Assembly: GCA_964016885.1 (NCBI GenBank)
Contig: OZ024740.1
Location: forward strand, 381,486,001-381,550,000
DNA from: Eledone cirrhosa
Taxonomy: Eukaryota
Direction of reading: 5' to 3'
Length of the DNA stretch: 64,000 nt
Shown: positions 55,835 to 64,000 of the stretch, one piece after another
Layout of the letters: every line of letters starts with the position of its first letter
How positions within the stretch are numbered: the first letter of the stretch is position 1
Program-made: the position numbers and the translations under genes
Notes under the pieces: generated by a model
Told to the model about the DNA's origin: nothing
Database searches by the model: none
What the model saw: the letters and a program-made list of their open reading frames with translations, nothing else

Positions 55835-57178
55835 AATGTCAAATCACACTATCCAAGAGTTCTGACTAAAGCTACAAAACCGATACTCAAAATCCTAGAT
55901 GAAGAAAAAAGAAATGCTAGGAACAACAACATCACTATCACCGATTTGAACAACAATATTATTAAGCCCAAACTGTCAAAGAGTGTAAGTCCAGAAACAA
56001 AAAAAAAAGACAGCGAGTTATCAGAGGAAACAAAAAATCTCATAGAAAAACGGAGAAGCCTCAGAACTCCGACAATAACCAGTGAAAAGATCGAAGCAGC
56101 AGGACTTAACAAAACCATCCAAAAGAAACGACCAGAACATCTTCGCAACCTCAGAACAACAACCATCCAAAATATCATGAAACACGGGAAAGGCTTCACA
56201 ATGGCAAAGAAGAAATTACGCGAAGATAAACTGCAATTCACAGGAGTGCTAGAAGATATAGATTCCTTAACAGTGGATCGAAATCGAATCATCAAAAGGA
56301 CATACGAATTTTACGAAAAACTGCATTCAAACGTCCGAGCCGAGCAAGAACCTAAAACCGAGTGATTGAAATTCACCAACCGTTCGAAGGCTATCTAAAA
56401 GTCGACGCCTGTGAAGTCGACACTTACAATCGAAGGAAAAGCGCCCGGAGGCGGTAATATCACCATGGACCTCACTGAGGCCGCATGCGAACTCATCTAC
56501 TAGAAACTCACCAGCCTTAATAATGAATGTCTCAGGCAAAGCAAAGTTTCGGACGAATGGAATGAAGCAATCATCATACTTTTGTACACAAAAGGCGACG
56601 CAACGAACATCTCCAATTTCAGCGCCATAAGACTTCTAAACAAGTTCTAAAAACTGTTAACAAAAATCAGCATGAACAAAGTCCTATAAACATCAGCGCA
56701 GAGCACAAGCCGGCTTTAGGAAAGGCTTCACCAATCAAGATCACCTGCAAGTTGTACACCTAATTATCGAAACTTGTGCAGAGTACAATATTTGTCATTG
56801 ACCCGGGTGATTACAATGCCTTCGATACTGTAGAGATCCGGAAGCTGATCAGGACGCGTCAAGAACAGGGTGGCAAGCCTACTTACGTTACCGTTCTCCG
56901 AAATATCTACAAAAATGCAAGATCATATATCTGAATATACAAAAATTCAAAACCTTTTCGACTTCGAAGTGGAATGCGACAGGGAAAGTTCTCTAAAACT
57001 CTTCACAGCGGCCTTCAAAGGTGTCTTTCGAAAACTCAGATGGGAAGAGCGGGGCATCACGATCGACGGCGAATATGTAAATCACTTTACGTTCACTGAG
57101 TATATCATCATCTTCACAAATATGGCGCAGCTGTGGGGAAGTCCTATGTCTAAACAACGGGCTTTCCAGGCCTTAGAT

Positions 57179-57180
<2 letters not shown>
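55835..57180 (+). mobile_element. Degenerate RTE-clade LINE with a GAT/GAC tail
   Basis: LSEETKNLIEKRR, EFYEKL, EWNEAIIILLYTKGD, QAGFRKGF, SLKLFTAAF..W..GITIDGEYVNH. Confidence 0.8.
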
Positions 57181-57210
<30 letters not shown>

Positions 57211-57436
57211 CGAAGACGATGATGGTGACGACGAGGACAACGACGACGACGACGACGACGACGACGACATCGACGACGACGACAACGACGATAACGACGA
57301 CGACGACGATGATGATGATGACGAGGACGACGACGACGACATCAACGACAGCGACGACGACGACGACAACGATAACGACGACGACGACAACGACGACGAC
57401 CATGACGACGATGACGACGACAATGATGATGATGAT
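57178..57436 (+). repeat. (GAC/GAT)n trinucleotide repeat
   Basis: Seen directly; expanded RTE 3' tail. Confidence 0.9.
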
Positions 57437-57455
57437 TATATATATATAAACATGC

Positions 57456-58342
57456 ATAACAAACTCGGTCGAAAAATTTCCGGCTTATTTTCCCGTAGTA
57501 ATGGCGTGAGTTCAATGTGGGCAGTTTAGAACTACTTATATTCATGCCCTTGCTTGGATTTTGGGGGTTCATTGAATGCGCCAGTCACTGTAAGGCAGCC
57601 AGAGAATGGGGTGCTGAACTAATTATCTTTAATAATCTTTACATTTTCATTTCGCCGGATACTGCCGACAATAATACTGAATTCCAGAATACTGTGATAA
57701 CTGGAGCTGAGGTGTGGGTGCATGTGTACGATGTGGTAACCAGCACCCATCCACCGAAGTAGAACCATCATCAAGATCCCGAAAAGCATGACAAATGTTG
57801 GTCAAAATCAAGATGATACTGACTCCCGCTGCGTCGTGCATCATATATACGCAAGAGAAGGGCAAACAGTTACAAAGCTGTACTTTTTGAAATTCCTCCG
57901 ATAAGTTTGTGATGCAATTCGGAGCAAGAAATTGAAATATGTTCCTTGCAAAACTGGTAGCTGCAACATCACCTCGCCTTGGTTCATTCCTCATAGATCT
58001 TCCAAGGTTATTTGGCAAAGAAAGGCATTTCACCCATTTGCCAGACTCCCTGTTCTTCAGACATGGCTCCTGAATTTTGGCTAATCCCCAAAATGAAGAT
58101 GCCAGTGAAAAGCTCCCGCTTTGAAAGCTGAGAAGACATCATTCGGACGGCGACGTCGGAGCTAGGAGCCATTTTGAAAGAAGCATTACTGATGTGCTCT
58201 GAAAAGTGGAAGACTTACTGGACTATATGTATGGAAACACAAATAACCTACTTCAAAGGGTTACTAGCAATTGAATGCCACAAAATACGTAATGTTTTTC
58301 CCCATGTTAAAGTCGGATGCATTTGCAACAGACCTCAAATAT
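57456..58342 (+). mobile_element. Decayed mariner (Tc1/mariner) DNA transposon
   Basis: VITGAEVWVHVYDVVT (TGDETW-like) and PCSSDMAP/FWLIPKMK (YSPDLAP-like); degenerate TIR-like ends. Confidence 0.75.
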
Positions 58343-58974
58343 ATTTGTACAGACATGGAGTATATATTTACCTTCACACATATTATTCATCAATACCAAT
58401 ATATGCACACACGTAGTGACGCAATATGTAAATCTAATGTTTATTAACATAAGAGTTCTTATTTGTTTATCTCTACATCTTACATTAGCGCTATGTACCA
58501 GAGAAATGTAACTTTAAGATATTAGATCAACATGAAACGTTTTTTAGTATTCCATGATTATTCATATATCATGTAATATTTAGTGGACAGAAAAAACGAA
58601 TCAGTCCAACAAGTTTAATCTTGTGATGTGATTTCATTAGAAAACATGCATTCTCCTTAAACGTGTACAGACAAAGATTGTAAATTAAATAGAGTTAATG
58701 GTGTAATCAGATAAGATAAACTGAATTGTGCAACAGAAGCTTGGTAGTCAGTTCAAATAATAAATTGCGTATATATGTAATTTACCCTCAGAATTAGTGG
58801 GTTTGTAACGAGTTTCGCCGTGGACAGGGAAGGAGCGTACATTATATATTGAAGCTAGTCAACTCATATTCACTTTCCTCTCAATCAACATATTGTATAA
58901 AAAACAAGTTACATACGGAGTTGGCTAAGATCTCTTCCCTCTCTCCTCGCAGAAACAGACACATACATATGTAT

Positions 58975-60045
58975 ATATAACCTTGTTAGGTTTCGGCCAG
59001 TATTGGCCCAGGACATGTCTAGCTTAATAGTACCATCTGGCGACATCATTCAAATCAGGATTCTGACATCAAGGCCTACTCAAGAAGGTAGTTATTGTCT
59101 ACCGAGACATATCCGGATGTAGGAAGTTTATCCGGGACTTCTTGAAGGAATTTGTTCAAATACTTCTTAAACTTTATGGGGTCTGTTTCTGTTTTAATGT
59201 GTTTTGGTGTAATGTTAAAGAGAGCGGGGCCAATTGAGGTGAAATAATTGTGCCGTATTGTTGTTATGAGATACTAATTTGATTTTGATCTGGGCGGATA
59301 CCATGGGGTACAAACCTTGGGTGTACTTCAAAGGTGATGCCAACATCATTTGGGCAATGCTGATAGAATATTGTCCAGATCATACAGATAATATAGCGCT
59401 CACGGCGACGTTGGAGAAAATAAAGTTTGAGCTTTTCTAGTCGACCCAATAATCAAAGCCTTACATGCCATCCACATTTTTGTGATTGACCTTTGAGGTG
59501 CTCCAATTTTCATGATTATTTCTTTCGTGTGGGGTGACCACAGTGGACAACAGTATTCGAGGTGGGGTCGGGTAAAGGTGCATAAGAGTAGGATAATGGT
59601 GCTGATATCTCTCGACAGGAAAGTTGTGAGAATCCAGGAACACCTTCTGCGGGCCATGTCAACTTTGCTGTTCATGTTAGTGACCCAGCTTATGTTGTTG
59701 TCCACCATTAGTCCCAAGTCTCTGATGCCACGAGAGTTTCACATGAAGGAAGGGAGTATGAAAGTTTCAGTGCATCCTCTTTTCCAATGTGGATTAATTC
59801 AAATTTATCCTCGTTCAATTGTTCTTTTCCGCCCATTAGATAAGAGCCAGTAGATCTGATTGAAGGCATGTGCAGTCACCCTCTCTATTGATGACCTGGG
59901 GCAATCTGCAAAGATTGCTATGTTGCTGTGCTTGCCGATGTCAGTAATGACGTTATTATAGATAATGAAAAGAAGTGGCCCAACACAGTGCTTTGTGGAA
60001 CGCCATTACTGACTTTAGGTGGGATGGATTGTACTCCTTCGACTA
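58975..60045 (-). mobile_element. CR1/L2-group LINE 3' remnant
   Basis: GVPQSTVLG, FTRPHLEYCCPLWSP, RLEKLKLYFLQRRRERY. Confidence 0.85.
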
Positions 60046-60500
60046 CAACATATGTATATATATATGCATATTCATATAGAATGAATGTATGCATATATCT
60101 GTGAATGTATATATATATATATATATATATGTGTATGTGTGTGTAATATACCATAATATTATATAAATTATTATATACTCTCTATCTATTATAACCTTAA
60201 AACAAATCATTTTAAAGCGTAATTAGTATATTAATTGAACTAGCTGCCGGGAATGCGTTATATATGCGAATCGGTCAAATCGATTTATTTGGGTTTATAA
60301 TCAATGCTTTTGTGGACATTTAACGCTGGTACTCCGTTGCTAAAGTAATCTAAACACATGTTTGAAGCTATTCTCACGAATACACTCTATATAGAATTTG
60401 GCGCATACAACTGTATTATATAATGTTATGGAAAATCTATAAATACGTTCGGTAGCTCCGAATAGCATTGAAACAAAATACAGTTAACACATAGCAACAA

Positions 60501-60584
<84 letters not shown>

Positions 60585-60644
60585 CTCTCTCTCTCACTCT
60601 CTATCTATCTATCTACTATCTATTTATCGATCTACCTATTTCTC

Positions 60645-60722
<78 letters not shown>

Positions 60723-60880
60723 TATTTACGTATCGAGAGAGAGAAAAAAAGGGAGGATAGGTGATACATATAGTTATTTGCCAAGTAGCGTATGCCAAAG
60801 GTGCTCGATACTAGTGCCGGCAGTATTAAATATTTGAAGTGTTAATATTTAGTGGGCGAGAGAGTTAGCAGAGCATAAGC

Positions 60881-61006
60881 ACGTGGAAAAGTAAGAAATC
60901 GGAGAATAGACCGTTAAAACATGTTTATTTAAAATCACGTACGTAGGTGCTGTTTTAAATAAACATGTTTTAACGGTCTATTCTCCGATTTCTTACTTTT
61001 CCACGT
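60881..61006. repeat. Perfect inverted repeat, 54-bp arms, 18-nt spacer
   Basis: 60881-60934 is the exact reverse complement of 60953-61006. Confidence 0.92.
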
Positions 61007-61024
61007 ATATATATATATATATAT

Positions 61025-64000
61025 AGGATTATCCTAGATGCAGTAATGGTTAATTACTACACTGGATAGAGTTGACGTACGGTGAGAGGTTACTCAACGA
61101 GTTATGGAAGAATTGTTGAAGAAACTTAGTTCCTGATCCTTCTGTATTCCGGAGTGCAGATAAAGAATGAATAATAACAGGTAGAGATCATAAAAAGGTA
61201 ATTTATTCTGTGTGCTTACAAATGTTTCCACGGTGGTTATACAGCCTTGTTATGCTATCTGCAAATTTATAACTATTTGCAAAACTCAATTATCAAATGC
61301 TGTGACCACTGTATCATCAGAGCAGAGGGTTAAAATGTACAATGTAAATACCCTTAAGTGAGGTTATTGGGGAAGATAGAGTAGAAAAGGAAGAGAGAAA
61401 AAAGAAGGGGAGAGGAAGAGAGAGAGAAAGATATGCAGGGGTTGGAGAAATGGGAGAGAGTGGTTTGTAGATATCTTAATCAAAATGTTGTGGTAGGGGT
61501 TTTATTATACTGGTTACTCTTAAAGCGACCACCTTAAGCGATGCGTTGATAGTCAAGGTTGGAATTATTTATTGCCCCAGAGGGCAGGTTCATAGATGTG
61601 GAGAGGGAGGGAGGTAGGCCTAGGGCGAGAGAGAGAGAGAGTGGAATGGATAGAGAGGGAGAGATAGAGAGGGGACAGACGAAAGCTATGGGGTGGGTGA
61701 ACATTGGGTTCATAGTAGTAATCTACGAATTGCACTAAGTTCCCATTTATAGTGATAAGCAGAGTATTGTCTTGTAGTGTGGGGGAAGAGAAAGTGGTTA
61801 GCTAGAAATCAATGTTATAGTTACGGGTTCGAATGTTAAGTTATTTTATAGTGAGAGAATTTAGCTTTCAGTTTGTGGTTGCAGTATAATGATCGTTCGA
61901 TTCTATCATTTAGTAATTTATTTTTGGATTTTAAGATGTAAAAGAGTTCAAGGTTACATAACCTACAGTACTTCAATCCACTCCGATATGCACTTGTGCT
62001 GGAAAGTATATCCCATTTCAAGGTGAACTGTTGGTTGCGTTCACGGAGTTGCCAGGTCTTGATGGCGAGCGTGGTCACAAAACCGTGATGAGGATGTTTA
62101 ATTGAGAATTGATGACGGTACCAGCGAGATTTAAACGAGGTAGTGGTAGACCCGATGTAATACCATTTCTAGTCGTTCGATTCAACCGTGCATTGGTAAA
62201 CAATGTTGGACTTTAGGCATTTATTCTTTAATGGACATCTTTCAGGTCGGTGGCAGTTACAGTTTTTGTTGTGGGTAGCGGGTATACCATGGATAGGTTG
62301 GTTTAGCAGTACTGGTGGGTTGTGTAATACCCGTCTCCCATTTAGTGGTTGGGAGGCCGATATTACGTTATGCTCTCCTGTTATTAAAATATTTTGTTTT
62401 GTAGTGTTGTTTAATTGCTTTAAGTTAAGTTTTTTTATGTATGCTTCAAGGTTTGGTGCAATGGAGTATGATAGTCTAATAGTTTTAGAGTTCAGAATTT
62501 TACTGTATTTATGGGAACTAGGGAAATCCTTGTTGATTAACTTAAAGAATGAAAGAGATAGTTTTGTACTAATCGAAGCATTAAAAATAGGATTATACCA
62601 GATATACTTTCTACAACGTGATTTATTTGGTGATGATTTTCTATTATTAGTATGTCTGGTGGTACTGCGTGTGTGCGCTTGTATTTCAGTAACCCGGTTA
62701 CGTATTCCTTGATTTCGTGTAGAGCTATGTGTGTTATGGAGATTCTTATCAATGTATTCTATTGTATCACGGTGGTCGGCATTCCTTAATGCATTATTAT
62801 AGTATTCAGCGTGTTCACTAAAAATCTCAGAGTCAGACGATAGGCGAGAGATTCTAAGAGAAATACTACGGGGAACCGATTTGATCATGGAAAGTGGGTG
62901 GTTTGAGTTAAAATTGATATAGGTAAGGTTCTCATTTATCTTGTGGAAGGGTCGTATCAGTCCGGTATTTAAATTAAGAGTTACGTCTAGAAAATTTACT
63001 ACTTTAAGATTGTATTCGTACGTTATTTTTAAACCCAGTTCACTAAAAGATTTTCTAATATTTTTCCGTAGCCTTTCAAGATTTTGGTTATTTAAGTTAT
63101 TAACTAATAAGAGCCCGTCATCTCTATATATTCCCCCCTGTACATTACTAAATTTACTATGTAGTATGTGGGCTATGTAATTCCCACAAGATCCGTGACC
63201 TCCGCTGAGTCGTTGGAACCCATGGTAATGTCGAATTTTGTGGGTCTGTCCTTACGTTCCCAGTAGCAGTTATCAAACTTGATAATAATTTTTCTAGCCT
63301 CGAGAATAATATTAATTTCGTCCTCCGTTAGGTCGGAATTGACTTTAGAGAACGATAGGGCCTTACGTAAAGTGCCGGGTGAGATTGAAGAGTAGTATTC
63401 GTCTATGTCAAATTGTATAAACTTAGATTTATTCTTGTTCTTAACGTTATTAAACCAGCGAATTGCTTCGCTAGTGTTGCCCCATAATTTAATTTCTATT
63501 TTCTTTTTCACTTGTCAAGTATATGTTTGCTAATTTTTCCTATGTCTGATTTAGAAGGGCATATAAGTCTAATCTTAGGGTTAGAGTCAAAATTTACCTT
63601 ATGGTCCTTCAGGTTAAAGGTGGGGTTGTGGGTATAATCGGCTCGGTTCTATCGTCTATCTTGAGATTCTTCACCACTTTGTATGCCTCGTTGTTAATAT
63701 TTGCTAGCGTAGTTTCACTTGTTTTTCTATATTTTTTGTGTAGTTCATTGCGTATGAAGCTGTTGTATGTATCGATATCCATGGTATACACGTTAGAGGT
63801 CTTGTCAGCTTTCACAACAATTCCATTGGTATTTTGCAGTCTTCGGAGTAGTGCTTTCATGTTGCTCTGCAGCTCATTATTTCTATGTTTGGTAAACTTA
63901 ATATTCATGGTCGTATTCATTAAATCTTGTTCGAAAGCATCGAGATGGGGGTTTGTGGGTGGGTTTTTACATGATTTAAAACCATATGATCCAGACGAGT
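61025..64000 (-). mobile_element. Second Naiad-type Penelope-like element (frameshifted RT, GIY-YIG, 3' UTR), running off the window
   Basis: KADKTSNVY, FIQFDIDEYY, FDITMGSNDSAEVTDLVG, CNCHRPERCPLKNKC..IVYQC, YCRLCNLE; ends at (TA)n. Confidence 0.92.
61213..61324 (-). ncRNA. Hammerhead ribozyme with ~85-nt stem II
   Basis: Minus strand: TGCT-CTGATGA-TACAGTGGTCACAGC...GCTGTATAACCACCGTG-GAAA-CATTTG-TA-AGCA, then AATAAA. Confidence 0.8.

Noticed and set aside
56870-57529. 219-aa ORF with a long poly-Asp tract (acidic biomineral-like protein)
   Set aside because: The N-terminal part is decayed RTE RT and the Asp tract is the expanded GAT/GAC tail of the LINE.

Overview
Eukaryotic, AT-rich intergenic or intronic DNA, most likely from an octopus or other cephalopod (inferred from OK/OR-type tRNA-SINEs and very dense TA/TG/TATG microsatellites). 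No host protein-coding gene can be supported, and the many YIYI/CVCV ORFs are microsatellite artefacts. The window is a mosaic of mobile elements: an intact-ORF2 L1/Tx1 LINE plus decayed relatives, R4/Dong-type RLE LINEs, two Naiad-like Penelope elements (RT + GIY-YIG), RTE, CR1 and CRE remnants, a mariner remnant, a non-autonomous Helitron and many SINEs. Two patterns go beyond routine annotation. (1) About 12 type-I hammerhead ribozyme motifs were found by eye; 3 sit in coding Penelope elements and several others in short non-coding units with 5' inversions or tandem repeats, suggesting retrozyme-like non-autonomous Penelope derivatives. (2) Retrotransposon families appear to partition microsatellite targets: R4-like elements in (TATG)n and (TAA)n, Tx1 in (ATCT)n, Penelope-type elements in (TA)n. 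All folds and alignments were done manually and boundaries are approximate.
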